Shown: piece by piece, positions 20,414 to 30,766 of the stretch | How the letters are laid out: each line of letters begins with the position of its first letter | Position numbering within the stretch: the stretch's first letter is position 1 | Assembly: GCA_963841435.1 (NCBI GenBank) | Contig: CAWJCS010000006.1 | Span: 224,001 to 288,000 of the forward strand | Length of the DNA: 64,000 bases | Origin: an uncultured delta proteobacterium | GTDB lineage: Bacteria; Myxococcota_A; Polyangia; Polyangiales; Polyangiaceae | Reading direction: 5' to 3' | The notes under the pieces: generated by a model | Databases searched by the model: none | What the model was told of the DNA's origin: nothing | What the model saw: only the letters and a program-made list of their open reading frames with translations | Translations under genes and position numbers: made by a program

Positions 20414-21061
20414 TCAGCCCGCGAGCGGGGTGCAATCCGAGTACGCGCACACGGTGCTCTTGCCCTGCCCCACGCTGATCCAGATGTTGCCGAAGATCCG
20501 GCAATCGAGCGTGTCGAGCAACTCGAGCCTCCGTGCCCGGCGCGGGCGGCGTGGTCCTGCAGGACTCCGGTGCGTAGAAGGGGCAGGCGTAGCGCCAGCC
20601 CGTGCGAAGATCTTCGAGGACGGCGTTGCTCTCGGCGTCGATGCTCACGAAACGCATGGTGTCGCCGAGCTCCGGACAGACGCCGACGCACGTACCGCTC
20701 ACGCAGCCGCCGCCGCACGGGATCGAGACGCTCGTGACCATCCCGGTCACGGTGTAGATCGCGGCGCCGGGATCGGAGCCGCCGCCCACGCTCTGTTGAG
20801 TGCTCTCGCACTTGTAGTCGATGAGATCGCCGCTCGAGTCGCACTCGTCGCTGAAGGTGCCATTCCCGCGCCTGCCGCCGCGCCATTCCCACTCGAACCA
20901 GCCCGTGCGGAAGACCCGCCGGCTCCGGCCGTGGCTGCGGATGCTCCGCTCCCGCCTTGCGTTTCGACCGAGTCGCTGCCGGAGGAGCCGCAGGCGAAGG
21001 CCGCCGGCGCAAGAACGCCGAGAAGTGCCAGCCTGTGCCACCCCACACGGAAGAAAGGCAT
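20414..21061 (-). pseudogene. Cys-rich lipoprotein broken by two frameshifts
   Basis: AAFAC lipobox and Gly linker; frame change near 20865 to GTFSDECDSSG...; second change near 20525 to LLDTLDCRIFGNIWISVGQGKSTVCAYSDCTPLAG*. Confidence 0.55.
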
Positions 21062-21113
21062 CTTTGGTTCGCGTGCAACCACCGTGCCGGCGCGGGCAAC
21101 TGGGCCACCGGGA

Positions 21114-21300
21114 GGTAGGCACCCGGCTTGTACCGGTAGGCACCCGGCTGTACCCCCTCAGACGGCGTACTTGCTGTCTCAGACGGCGTACTTGCTGTCT
21201 CAGACGGCGTACTTGCTGTCTCAGACGGCGTACTTGCTGTCTCAGACGGCGTACTTGCTGTCTCAGATGGCCTACTTGCTGTCTCGGACGGCCTACCTGC
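21114..21300. repeat. 21-bp tandem repeat CTCAGACGGCGTACTTGCTGT (5 perfect + 2 degenerate copies, 21157-21300), preceded by two copies of GGTAGGCACCCGGC(T)TGTACC
   Basis: Read directly; lies between divergent genes. Confidence 0.95.
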
Positions 21301-21525
21301 GAGCGCGCCGACGCTGCCGCACGAGGGCGACTCGTCTCGTCGGCCTCCGGCAGGTCTCGAGGGTCCTCACGAGTCTGTTGGCACCGACCGAATCGCCGGG
21401 CGCGGGGCAGCGAGCCGTCAGCGGAGTGCGCACGGGCCGGAGCCGTGCGCTCGGAGCCTCGGCAAACGTGTAGCGACGAGAGGCTGCGCGCATCGTTCGG
21501 CTCGTTGCGTGGTAGCGTTCGATTC

Positions 21526-22584
21526 GTGCGGGCGCGCGCGTACCTCGTGGCTGCGGCGGTGGCGTGGCCAGTGAGCGTGGCGTCGGCCGAGACGCCGGGA
21601 GCGAGCGAGGGGACGCCGCCCGAGTGCTCGGAGGCCGCGCAGGCGCTCAAGACCTACGTGCTCAGGCGCGAAACCGAGGCGCGGACGTGGCCGGGGCGTG
21701 ATCCGGCGCATCTGCTCCGCGCGATCTCACCAGCTTGCCGGCGGGCCGTGACGGAGGGTCAGTGGCGCGAGCTTGCCAGCACGCTGCTGCCGCTGGCGGA
21801 GACGGACGACGCGCTCAAGGGCGCGACGTGCGAGCTTTCCCCCCCGGAAGCCTTCGACCGCATCACCGAGTGGGTCCAGGTGCCGACCGACCACGAGAGC
21901 TACGTCTACGACGCGGTCTGTGCGGAGGCGCTGTTTCGTCACCGCCGCAGCGATTTCGATCGCATCGTGGCTCCCTCACTTTCGGCTACGCAAGGGCCAT
22001 TCGTGCCGGGCGTGGTGCAGCGCTTGGCAGAGCGATTGCGTCCCGAGGAGCGCGGCGTGCTGCTCCCCGCTCTGGAGGCTGCGACCCAAGCGAGAGCGGG
22101 CGGCCGAGACGACCTCTTCCGGGTGGTTTGTAGCGCCGAGGCGGTTCGTGTCGCCCCACCCTGCCGCGCTCCCGCTCACCTCAAGGACGAGTGGGTGGAC
22201 GCCGACCGCGTCCGACAGGTCGCTCCCGCGTTCGCCGTTCACGTCGGCGGCGCGCTCCTCTACGCCGCCGCGTGCTTTCTCCTCGCGCGCCGGTCACCCA
22301 CCAGCTGGCCCGCGCTTGGCATGGGCATGGTCGGCGCGATCGGCCTTGCGATCGCGCTGGTCTGGATGATCCTGGCCGACCCACTGGACGGGCCCGGAGA
22401 GACGAGTGGGATCGGTGTCCTCCAGGCCATCTTGGCGACCCCGGTCGCGGCAGTGGTCGGAGCCGTCAGTGCGTGGTTGGTCATTGCCCGGGCGAAGGCG
22501 CCCGCGCTGCCTCTATGCCTCGGGCTGGCGGCGCTCTACGCGTTCGTCGCAGGAACGTACGCGTGCCACTCCTCCGGCTACTGA
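21526..22584 (+). CDS. Hypothetical protein with signal peptide and C-terminal TM helices
   Basis: VRARAYLVAAAVAWPVSVASA signal; ~4 hydrophobic segments at the C-terminus. Confidence 0.65.
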   Translation: MRARAYLVAAAVAWPVSVASAETPGASEGTPPECSEAAQALKTYVLRRETEARTWPGRDPAHLLRAISPACRRAVTEGQWRELASTLLPLAETDDALKGATCELSPPEAFDRITEWVQVPTDHESYVYDAVCAEALFRHRRSDFDRIVAPSLSATQGPFVPGVVQRLAERLRPEERGVLLPALEAATQARAGGRDDLFRVVCSAEAVRVAPPCRAPAHLKDEWVDADRVRQVAPAFAVHVGGALLYAAACFLLARRSPTSWPALGMGMVGAIGLAIALVWMILADPLDGPGETSGIGVLQAILATPVAAVVGAVSAWLVIARAKAPALPLCLGLAALYAFVAGTYACHSSGY

Positions 22585-23814
22585 TGGGCGGATGCAGCGG
22601 GACCACGGGGACCTGGTTCGGTCGCTTCTGCAAAGTGGCATCCGCGGCGTGCTCGTGCGCTTCGCTCGAGAGGTAAGTGGACGACGCCGGAGCGCCGCAA
22701 GCCCCAGCATGAGCCACAGCGACGCGCCCGATCTCGGCGCGTGCCCTGGCCGCACGCTGCAGCCAATCGTGCCCTCCACGTTCGACGTGGCCGTGTCACT
22801 CTCGGGCTCGTTGTCCGGGGTCGCGACGCCCGCGGTTCCCGCCGGCGAGGATGGCTCACTTGCGCCTGCACCGCCGGTCTCGCTCACGCTCGCGCCGCCA
22901 TTGCCCGCGCCGGCTCCCGCATCGCCCGCCGCTGCGCCGCCGCTCCCCGAGGCTCCGATCCCGGCACCCCCGCTCGAGGAGCCGCCGGCAGCCGGAGCGC
23001 CACCGACACCTGAAGCGCCGGCCGACATGTCGACGGCGCCTCCGGCTCCAGCGGCGAGGCCACCCGCGGATCCGCCACTGGCCAGGCCGCCCGCGCCACC
23101 ACCTGCATCGCCCGCGCTCCCCGCGGCCCCTGCGAGCCCGTCGCTCGCGCCAGCTGTCCCACCGCTCCCCGCCGAGCCACCCGTCGCCGTGGCTCCGCCC
23201 GCGCCAGGGGCGCCCCCCGCCGACCCGTCATTCGCCACTGCGTGCAGGAAGCACGTTGCGCAGCTCTGGTTGGACGAGCGGCGGCCCGCGCGGTTCTCCT
23301 CCACGATCGTCACTTTGGCGGCGACGGCATCCACGGTATCGATGACCGCGATGTGGCCCGTCGAGGCGTCGGCGCCGCACACGCCGCCCGCAAAGACGAT
23401 CAGATCGCCGTGTACGGGCGTCGGCGAGATGGTGAGGTTCGCCGGTAGCGCTCCGTCGCACCATTCTTGAGCGTCGCCGGAGCGGTACGACACGTTCCAG
23501 CGGAAGTACAGGTACCGGTAGGCGAGCTCGGTGCACTGGTAGCCGCCGCCGCGCTGTGTACGCACCCAGTCAGCGTCGATTTGCGTGAGACTCGTGTCCA
23601 CCCCGTTGTTCGACCAGATCGACGCGTTGGTCGTGGTGTCGCATTGGGCGTAGGCCGGGATGCCGTTGACCTGGCGATTCTCGGGCACGACCTCGCTGCA
23701 GATGTCGAGGGCGTCGCTGGCTTCGCCGAGCTCGTCTCCGCTTGGCGGCGCGCCGCAGCCGAGCAGTGCCAGGAGGGCGGGGAGTGACCGAAGCGCAAGC
23801 GATCGGAGCTGCAT
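22513..23814 (-). CDS. CHAP-domain lipoprotein with Gly linker and MYXO-CTERM-like tail
   Basis: YQCTELAYRY, GDAQEW, GDLIVF, GHIAVI, VEEN; GCSVRPG...LWLMLGLAALRRR. Confidence 0.85.
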   Translation of the reverse strand: MQLRSLALRSLPALLALLGCGAPPSGDELGEASDALDICSEVVPENRQVNGIPAYAQCDTTTNASIWSNNGVDTSLTQIDADWVRTQRGGGYQCTELAYRYLYFRWNVSYRSGDAQEWCDGALPANLTISPTPVHGDLIVFAGGVCGADASTGHIAVIDTVDAVAAKVTIVEENRAGRRSSNQSCATCFLHAVANDGSAGGAPGAGGATATGGSAGSGGTAGASDGLAGAAGSAGDAGGGAGGLASGGSAGGLAAGAGGAVDMSAGASGVGGAPAAGGSSSGGAGIGASGSGGAAAGDAGAGAGNGGASVSETGGAGASEPSSPAGTAGVATPDNEPESDTATSNVEGTIGCSVRPGHAPRSGASLWLMLGLAALRRRPLTSRAKRTSTPRMPLCRSDRTRSPWSRCIRPSVAGGVARVRSCDERVERRQPEA

Positions 23815-23892
23815 CGTGTTGGGCGGAGCTTGGGCGCCTTGTCGCGAGCGGGGGAGATGTCCAATGGGGCATCCCGGAAACTTCCAACGGGG

Positions 23893-24694
23893 CTACTCCG
23901 TCGCGATGGTCACGATCGAAACCTCAGCCGCTCGGCCGACCCCGACGTCCAGGTAAACGCCGTCGGCGAGGCGCTGGCACGAGCCCACATCCGAGAGCAT
24001 GCCGGCGAGGGCTGCCTCCGCCGTCGTCCCGAGCGCATAGCTTTCACTCCACGACCGAGGCGCGTAGCCCGTCAGTGCCAGGCGCTCGCCGGTCGAGCGG
24101 CCGCTCGAGTCCACGAGCCCGAGTGCCCCGCTGCCATCGAGAATCGACTGCGAGCACGCGCGCCTCGCAGAGAAGCCGGGGGTCGAGCCGGAGTGCGCCA
24201 ACGGCCGTCGAGGGCGTCGCTCCACCGCAGGTCTCGCCGCCAGTCGTCCTCAATGACTGAACTAGTGAAAGGAGCTCGTCCTCGTGGCGCCGGTCGCCCT
24301 CGGTCCAATCGGCGACCGGCGCGCAGAAGTCATTCGCTGGGAGCGCCGCCGGTACGCACGCTCCTTCGACACAGGCCTGCTCGCTCGAGCACGTTCCTGG
24401 CTCGCAGCGCGGCAGGCACACCCCCGTGGTCGGCACCGGCGCACCGCCGCCGCAGGCCGAGGACGCCGCCGGATCGGCCGGCGGCGCGCAACGGCCGGGG
24501 CCCAGCGCGTCGCAGTCCGCGTCCGTCGCGCAGGCGAGCGTGCACGTGTTGCAGAAGCAACCGAGCGCCCCACCGCACTCGCCGTCGCTTTCGCACGCCC
24601 TGAGCCAGTTCGTGTTGCTTCCCACGTCCCGCCCCGCGAGCGGCGCGTTGCACGCAGCGAGCAGCAGGCCAAGGACCCCAATCCGGCGCCGCAT
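23893..24694 (-). pseudogene. Cys-rich lipoprotein with CAP/SCP-like C-terminal domain; +1 frameshift near 24142
   Basis: LLLAAC, GSNTNWLRAC; ELLSLVQSLR...LRLDPRLLCEAR, then next frame GERLALTGY...DVGVG; extra T in GATTCTC. Confidence 0.7.
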
Positions 24695-25683
24695 CAGGGC
24701 TCGCTCTCCGACGTGACGCACTGACCGAAGTAAAACGAGACCTGGATCTCCTCACCCTCGGGCGCCGGGTGCGAAACGTTGTGGCTCTGCACCTTGTTCC
24801 AGAGCTCGTTCACCTCACCGCGGATGCGCTGCAAGAGCCCGAGCACCTCGTCGTGGTGAGGGTGCCCGGTGTGTACGAGAAACTTGAGCGTCGCGCCGCC
24901 GTTCACGTCCGCGTGGGTCGAGCGCGTGAGCCCGCGCCGGACCTTGGTGCCGATGGCTCGCACCACGGTCTGAAAATGATCGAACACGGCGGCCTCCCAG
25001 CCGTGCTCCGCGTCCACGGGCACGATCAGCGTGGCGGCGCTGAAGACCGCACCGTCCCCCTGACCCGCACGGCTCACGTGGCCGTCCGCCTCGAGCGCAG
25101 CGAGCGTTTCGGCGAGCGCCTCGTCCTTTATCCCGAGCTGCTCGCGGAGCGCGGGCCGCGTCGTGCCACCCGAGCGGTAAACCATGGCCCAAACGATCGG
25201 CGCGAGCGACTCCCGACGCTGTTCGTCGATGGCTTGCGCCAGGGCCTTTTGCCCGGAGATCCCGAACACCGCGCCGTCCCCGGAGCCCGTCCGGGACACG
25301 AGCCCGCTCGATACCAGGTCACTTAGCACCGAGCCCACGACCACCGGATCGTCGCGCACGAACCGCGCGAGGATTTCGCGTCGCGAGAGGCTTCCCGCCC
25401 CGTCCAGCGTTTCGAGCACTGCCTGCCAGAGCGTCCGGTCCCGGACGCTCACGCTCTCCGTGAGCCGCTGCACCTTCTTCTGGTAGCTCCGGATCGCGAG
25501 CCCGAACATGTCCGCCGCGACCTTGCGCGAGATGCCCTGCGCCTCGATCTCGCGCGAGAGCTCCACGAACACCTGATCGGCGATGTGCGAAAGAGGCGCC
25601 CGGATCCCCGCCGCCGTCGAGAGGTGGGCGATGAGGACCGTGGTCTGATGGACGATGGCGTCGATCAGAAGCTTCGTGTTCAC
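24694..25683 (-). CDS. Uncharacterised HTH/wHTH protein (DUF6502-like), putative regulator
   Basis: ISRKVAADMFGLAIRSY HTH; two wHTH-like segments; abuts the downstream lipoprotein. Confidence 0.7.
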   Translation of the reverse strand: MNTKLLIDAIVHQTTVLIAHLSTAAGIRAPLSHIADQVFVELSREIEAQGISRKVAADMFGLAIRSYQKKVQRLTESVSVRDRTLWQAVLETLDGAGSLSRREILARFVRDDPVVVGSVLSDLVSSGLVSRTGSGDGAVFGISGQKALAQAIDEQRRESLAPIVWAMVYRSGGTTRPALREQLGIKDEALAETLAALEADGHVSRAGQGDGAVFSAATLIVPVDAEHGWEAAVFDHFQTVVRAIGTKVRRGLTRSTHADVNGGATLKFLVHTGHPHHDEVLGLLQRIRGEVNELWNKVQSHNVSHPAPEGEEIQVSFYFGQCVTSESEP

Positions 25684-26356
25684 GCTCGGGTGGAAGTATC
25701 ACGCGCCGAGGCCCGCGAGGAGGTGCCGCGGCCCCGCCCGAGCAGAAAAACCCCGCATCGGGTGAGCAGGTGTCCAACGGGGCACCGCCAAAAGGGAGCA
25801 GGGATCGTCCGTGCCTAAAGCGGTCCGACGCAGCGAGTCCCGAGGTCGGGCACGTCCGCAGCAGTGTCCAGCTCGAAGGCGAAGGGGGGAGTGCTCGATC
25901 AAACCGACGCGCACCGGCCTCGGGCTCTGCACTCGGTAGGAGGTTGAACTTGCTGCGCAATGGGATTGGAGGCGCGTCCGACCGCGGGCGCCATCGGCAA
26001 GTCAGCGACGCGACGGACCACCAGCCAGACGGCCGCAATCGCCAGGCCCGCAACGACCGAAAGCGCGCGGGGCGGGAAGCAGCGCGAGGGAGCGCGCGAA
26101 GCGCGTCACGCGCTCCCATGTCACGCCGTCGGTCGTCCCCGGTAGCATCGTGATTTGCAGGAGGTGGATCCCGAAAATGTCAGGGGCGAGCTCGAGGGAC
26201 TTTCGATCGACCAAGCCGCCATCGAGCTCGCGCTGCCACCCGCCGACTCGTGAAACGCCTGTGTCAACTTGGTGCTTGACGACTCGCTGGCACCGCGGTT
26301 CCGTCCGCTTCCGGTGATGCCCCAGCAGGCTCGCCCCAGAAGGGACAAAGGGCACA

Positions 26357-27550
26357 ATGCGCTCGAACGTACTCACGGTGATCGGCTTGTTGGCAGCGGG
26401 AGGACTCGTCGTCGTCGGCTGCGGCGGTGACGACGACAACAACGGCGGAACGGGTGGACGCGGCGGCGCGAGCGCGGGCCAGGCTGGAAAGGGCGGCGGA
26501 TCCGGAGCCGGACAAGGCGGCACGAGCGGCACCGGTGGCAAAGGCGGCTCCAGTGGCTCGGGCAACGCCGGCAGTGGCGGCACCAGTGCGGGCACCGCAG
26601 GCACGGGTGGCTCGAGCGGCACCGGTGGATCGACCGGCGGCACCGGAACCGGGGGAACGAGTGGCACGTTGACCGGTGGAGCGGCCGGTGAGGCGGGAGC
26701 CGGCGGCGAACCGTCGGGAGGTCAAGGCGGCGAGGGCGGTGCTGGACCGTCGCAGGACGTGATCGACCGCGGCGCGTACATCGTACGCCACCTCGCGCTG
26801 TGCGGAGGCTGCCACACGGCAACGAACGGCCTCGAGCTCGGCGGCAACCCCGCCTTCCGCGGCGGCGGGTTGCCCGCACCCAACCTGACGCCCGATCCGA
26901 CGGGCATCGGCGACTGGACCGATCGGCAGATCATCGACGCTTTGCGCAACGGCATCGACGACGAAGGGCGCCACCTCGACCCGAGCATGCCCTACTGGTT
27001 CTTCCACAACTTGAGCGATGACGACGCACGGGCCATCGTCGCATTCTTGCGTAGCCTGCCGCCGTCCTCCGGTGCAGTCGGCGATGCCAACCCGGACTTT
27101 GCAACGCCTCCCTCACCGCTCTCGCTGTCGGACTTCCCCGACTCGAGCCTCGGAGTGAGCGACGCGGACTACGTGGCAGCGCAGCAGGGTAAGTACCTGG
27201 TGAGCTCGGCGGCGCGCTGCGTGAGCTGCCACTCGACCTCGAGCGGCGGCCTGCCGCAGCAGAGCTTCTTCGCGGGCGTCGCGCCGAGCAACAGCACCAG
27301 CATCTTCGCTCCCAACATCACCCCGGACGCGACCGGCCTCTCCGGCTGGACCGCCGCCGACATCGCCACCGCGCTCCAGGAAGGCACCGACAAGAGCAAC
27401 GTCGCCCTCTGCGGCTCGATGCCTTCGGCGAGCAAGGGCTATGGGGGGCTCACCGACGAGGATGCCTACGCGATCGGCGTGTACATCACGACCATCCCGG
27501 CCGCCGCCAACTCGGCCGCCGACCCCAGCCTCGAGCCCGCCTGTCCCTGA
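26357..27550 (+). CDS. Diheme c-type cytochrome lipoprotein
   Basis: VVVGC lipobox; CGGCH and CVSCH; PNLTPD/PNITPD; MP axial Met motifs. Confidence 0.9.
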   Translation: MRSNVLTVIGLLAAGGLVVVGCGGDDDNNGGTGGRGGASAGQAGKGGGSGAGQGGTSGTGGKGGSSGSGNAGSGGTSAGTAGTGGSSGTGGSTGGTGTGGTSGTLTGGAAGEAGAGGEPSGGQGGEGGAGPSQDVIDRGAYIVRHLALCGGCHTATNGLELGGNPAFRGGGLPAPNLTPDPTGIGDWTDRQIIDALRNGIDDEGRHLDPSMPYWFFHNLSDDDARAIVAFLRSLPPSSGAVGDANPDFATPPSPLSLSDFPDSSLGVSDADYVAAQQGKYLVSSAARCVSCHSTSSGGLPQQSFFAGVAPSNSTSIFAPNITPDATGLSGWTAADIATALQEGTDKSNVALCGSMPSASKGYGGLTDEDAYAIGVYITTIPAAANSAADPSLEPACP

Positions 27551-27684
27551 CGATGCTTCGATCCCGAGCTCCGTGACTTCGTCGTTGGGGAGCACGGCCG
27601 CTCGTCGCGAGCGGCCGCGCAGCGGCGAGCGCGTGGACGGCGTCGCGGCTCCGACCCGGCTCTGACCAGCGTCGTCGTTGCCGG

Positions 27685-28104
27685 TCAGCGGCTTGCACCG
27701 GCGTAGCCGCCCTCGCCCGCGTTTCCCGCATCGCCGGAGCACAATGCGCCGTTCCGCAGCCAGCTCCCGTGACAGCAGTAAAAGGAGACGGAGCCGCAGT
27801 GGCTGGCGAGCCATTCCCACGTCGAGCAGGTGACGGTTTCATCGTTGCACGGGCCATAGGGCTCGAATCCGACGTCCACCGTCATGGCGGTGTTGGTAGC
27901 CTCGTCGTACCTGTAACAGCTGGCGGGTTTCTCACAGTTGGCGCCGTCGATGCTGCCACCCACACCGCCGCCTCCGGCAACGCCCGCGCCCCCCGCGTGC
28001 GCCGCGCCGTCGTCCTTCGGAGGGGTCTCGCTTCCGCACCCGAGACCTTGGCCGAGCGCCACTGCAAGAACGGAAGCGGCCCACAGCGCGCGTTGGCCGG
28101 CCAT
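27685..28104 (-). CDS. Small Cys-rich lipoprotein
   Basis: ALGQGLGC lipobox, Gly linker, multiple Cys. Confidence 0.6.
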   Translation of the reverse strand: MAGQRALWAASVLAVALGQGLGCGSETPPKDDGAAHAGGAGVAGGGGVGGSIDGANCEKPASCYRYDEATNTAMTVDVGFEPYGPCNDETVTCSTWEWLASHCGSVSFYCCHGSWLRNGALCSGDAGNAGEGGYAGASR

Positions 28105-28448
28105 CCAGCCCCGAGCTTCGCACCGCGCGGCCCGCGCCGCCAGCCGAGCCCGACGTTGCTCAGTCTTCGAGCTTGATCGGCTCGAACTTCGACGCGAGCA
28201 CGTGGCTGACCGCGACGGCGAGCAGGTACGCGAGTCCCTTCGAGCCCCTCACGTGCGACAAGAGCCGCGTTCGAGGCCGCCGCCATGAGCTGAGGATTGC
28301 GCGAAGCCTCTTGGCTCAGGGATCGTTTTGAGGAGAGCGTCGCGCGACGCGTGCCTTTACATGCGCGGCGTGAGGATCGTAGGTTGCCGTCGGTTTCGAC
28401 CGGACCATCGGTCAGTTCCGAGCTGGGGTTTCCCGGGGTCTAGCGCAG

Positions 28449-28817
28449 ATGGGATCTTGCGAGCGACGTTCGTACAGCGCCAGGCGGTGGGCGATCGTCC
28501 TCGGTGCGTGCGTGGTGCCGGCTTGCGTGATCCTGGAGGACCGAGCCGAGATCGTCGGACCCGCGGGGTCAGGCGGTGAGGTGAGCGTCGGAGCTGCGGA
28601 CACGAGCGCGCGCGCCGGACAGGGTGGCGAGGTGGAAGGTGGTGCAGGCGGCGAGGGAGGCGCGGGCAAGCCAGCGGGGGCGGCGGGAGACGACGCGGGC
28701 GCGGCGGGCGAAGCGGGGCACGAGGAGCCGCCCGAGGTGGCCGGCGCAGCACCCATCAGCTCGGCGCATCGGTGGGAGTTATTGTCGCGACGGGCTGTGA
28801 ATTGTAACGAAAAGTGA
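28449..28817 (+). CDS. Putative lipoprotein made of signal and Gly linker only (possibly truncated)
   Basis: VVPAC followed by a Gly/Ala/Glu-rich linker with no domain. Confidence 0.4.
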   Translation: MGSCERRSYSARRWAIVLGACVVPACVILEDRAEIVGPAGSGGEVSVGAADTSARAGQGGEVEGGAGGEGGAGKPAGAAGDDAGAAGEAGHEEPPEVAGAAPISSAHRWELLSRRAVNCNEK

Positions 28818-28978
28818 AGCTCGGTGTTTTTGCGACAATCAGGCGAGCGATTCTCAAGTGGCCTGCGCTTGCGCGCCCTCGTGCGCCTCGGCTATCGGGT
28901 ATCGCGCTGCACCCATTTCCGCGGGAGCGTCGCTCCCACACGTTGTCCGAGCACGAGCCTACGAGTAAGCTTTACACC

Positions 28979-30727
28979 GTGCGTTCTGTCCACAGCCACC
29001 GAAGACGGGGCTCGCCTCCGTCAGTTGCATGCGCACGCCGCGGTGCCGCTGCGTTGCTTGCTGGCATGAGCCTCGCTGGAACCGCAAGCGCCAAGCCCTT
29101 CATGGACTACCTCCAGCCGACGCCCATCGTCGCGCCGCTCAGCTCGGCAACCTGGGGTGTGGCGGGAGTGTTGCCGCGGGACCTGTCTAACGGCATCGAG
29201 AGCACCAAGGGTGCGGGCGTCCACCCAGACTACTACTACTGGGACGGACAGATCATCAGGGCCAAGGACGGCAAGTACCACCTGTTCATGAGCACGTTCT
29301 CGGGGGACACGAATTTCGGCACGGGCTGGTTGAACTCCGACGCCTACCATGCCGTCAGCCAAACCAACGTGCTCGGCCCCTACCAACGGCAAGACTACGT
29401 GTACAGCAACAACGGGTCGCACAAGGGACACAATGTCTCCGCGGTCGAGTTGCTGGACGGCACCTACGCGGTCATCGTCAGCGAGATCGTTCCCTTCACG
29501 ATCTACACGTCGAGCTCTCTCGACGGTCCGTGGACGGGCTGCCAACCCACGAGCCAAGTGGGGGCGTCCAATATCAGCCTCTTCGAGCGTCACGACGGCA
29601 GATTCGAAATCGTGGAGCGCAACGGGACCATCGCGATCTCCGACACCCTATGCGGTACGTACGTGAAGCAGAAGCCCACGTGCTCCTATACCCAGGCCGG
29701 TACTGACAGCATCTACCCGCAGCGGACCTCGATACCAGGCGTTTCCAATCCGACCTATACCTGGCAAGAGGATCCCCACATTTGGCGCAGCGGGGGCGTT
29801 TACCACGTCATCTATTCGGGTTCCGGAGATCGCGTTGGCTGGCACGTGTATTCGGTCGACGGCATCACGAATTGGCAGGATAACGGGTACGCTTGGTCTC
29901 CGCGCGATTACCAAAAGATCTTCTGTTACGAGGGCACCACCACCTGCACGCAGTGGTACAAGATGGAGCGCCCGAGCGTGGTTCTGCAAAATGGTCACCC
30001 CACCCACATCACCTGGGCCGTATCGGATGTTGACAAGGACAACCAGGTCCTACCCGGCACGAATCACGGCACCAAGATTGTCGTCGTGCCCTTCGACGGC
30101 GTGACTTTCGACAACGACTTTGGTGTCGACGGCTCCGGTGGTGCCGGGAGCGGTGGTGCTGGGAGCGGTGGTGCCGGGACCGGTGGTGCTGGGACCGGTG
30201 GTGCCGGGACCGGTGGTGCCGGGACCGGTGGTGCCGGGACCGGTGGTGCCGGGACCGGTGGTGCCGGGACCGGTGGTGCCGAGAACGGTGGCGCCGGGAC
30301 CGGTGGTGCCGAGAACGGTGGCGCCGGGACCGGTGGCGCGGGTGGAAATAGCGGAACAGCGGGCACCGCTACCGGCGGCAATGCCGTTGGCGGCTCGACG
30401 AGTGGATCGAACACCGGCGGGGCAACGATGGTCGTTGCGGGCATGGGTGGCCAAGCCGCAATGGGCGGCGCTTCGACCGCTGCTGGTGGCGCCGCGGCAG
30501 CAGGTGGGGCCGTAAGCAGTGGTGCAGGAGGGCAGTTGGCGACTGGTGGTCTACCTGCGGTTGCCGGGGCGGCAGCGTCGGGCGCTTCGAATACCGATGC
30601 CGGCGGTTGCGGTTGTCGAGCCGCGGGCGGGCCGTCGCCGTCGCAGTCGAAGGCATTCGCCATGTTGGGTATTCTCGCTGTGTTGGGCCGCAGGCGTTCC
30701 AGTCGCCGAAACAAGGCTAGGGGCTAG
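28979..30727 (+). CDS. Secreted five-bladed beta-propeller glycoside hydrolase (GH43-like clan) with MYXO-CTERM-like tail
   Basis: YYWDGQII..DGKYHLF, QEDPHIW, KMERP; GCGCRAAG...LGILAVLGRRR; start uncertain. Confidence 0.8.
   Translation: MRSVHSHRRRGSPPSVACARRGAAALLAGMSLAGTASAKPFMDYLQPTPIVAPLSSATWGVAGVLPRDLSNGIESTKGAGVHPDYYYWDGQIIRAKDGKYHLFMSTFSGDTNFGTGWLNSDAYHAVSQTNVLGPYQRQDYVYSNNGSHKGHNVSAVELLDGTYAVIVSEIVPFTIYTSSSLDGPWTGCQPTSQVGASNISLFERHDGRFEIVERNGTIAISDTLCGTYVKQKPTCSYTQAGTDSIYPQRTSIPGVSNPTYTWQEDPHIWRSGGVYHVIYSGSGDRVGWHVYSVDGITNWQDNGYAWSPRDYQKIFCYEGTTTCTQWYKMERPSVVLQNGHPTHITWAVSDVDKDNQVLPGTNHGTKIVVVPFDGVTFDNDFGVDGSGGAGSGGAGSGGAGTGGAGTGGAGTGGAGTGGAGTGGAGTGGAGTGGAENGGAGTGGAENGGAGTGGAGGNSGTAGTATGGNAVGGSTSGSNTGGATMVVAGMGGQAAMGGASTAAGGAAAAGGAVSSGAGGQLATGGLPAVAGAAASGASNTDAGGCGCRAAGGPSPSQSKAFAMLGILAVLGRRRSSRRNKARG
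30137..30346 (+). repeat. 15-bp coding tandem repeat, ~14 units of GGAG(T/S)/GGAEN
   Basis: GGTGGTGCCGGGACC units read directly. Confidence 0.9.
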
Positions 30728-30766
30728 GTCGCCCAAAGCGCCGGCCACCTCCCGGACTCGAACAGC

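Noticed and set aside
21157-21300. CRISPR array
   Set aside because: Repeats are directly adjacent with no spacers, and there are no cas genes.
18912-21650. 912-aa GH5 fusion with heptad repeats
   Set aside because: A chance open frame running through the repeat and a broken neighbour; GH5 has its own lipoprotein signal at 20300.
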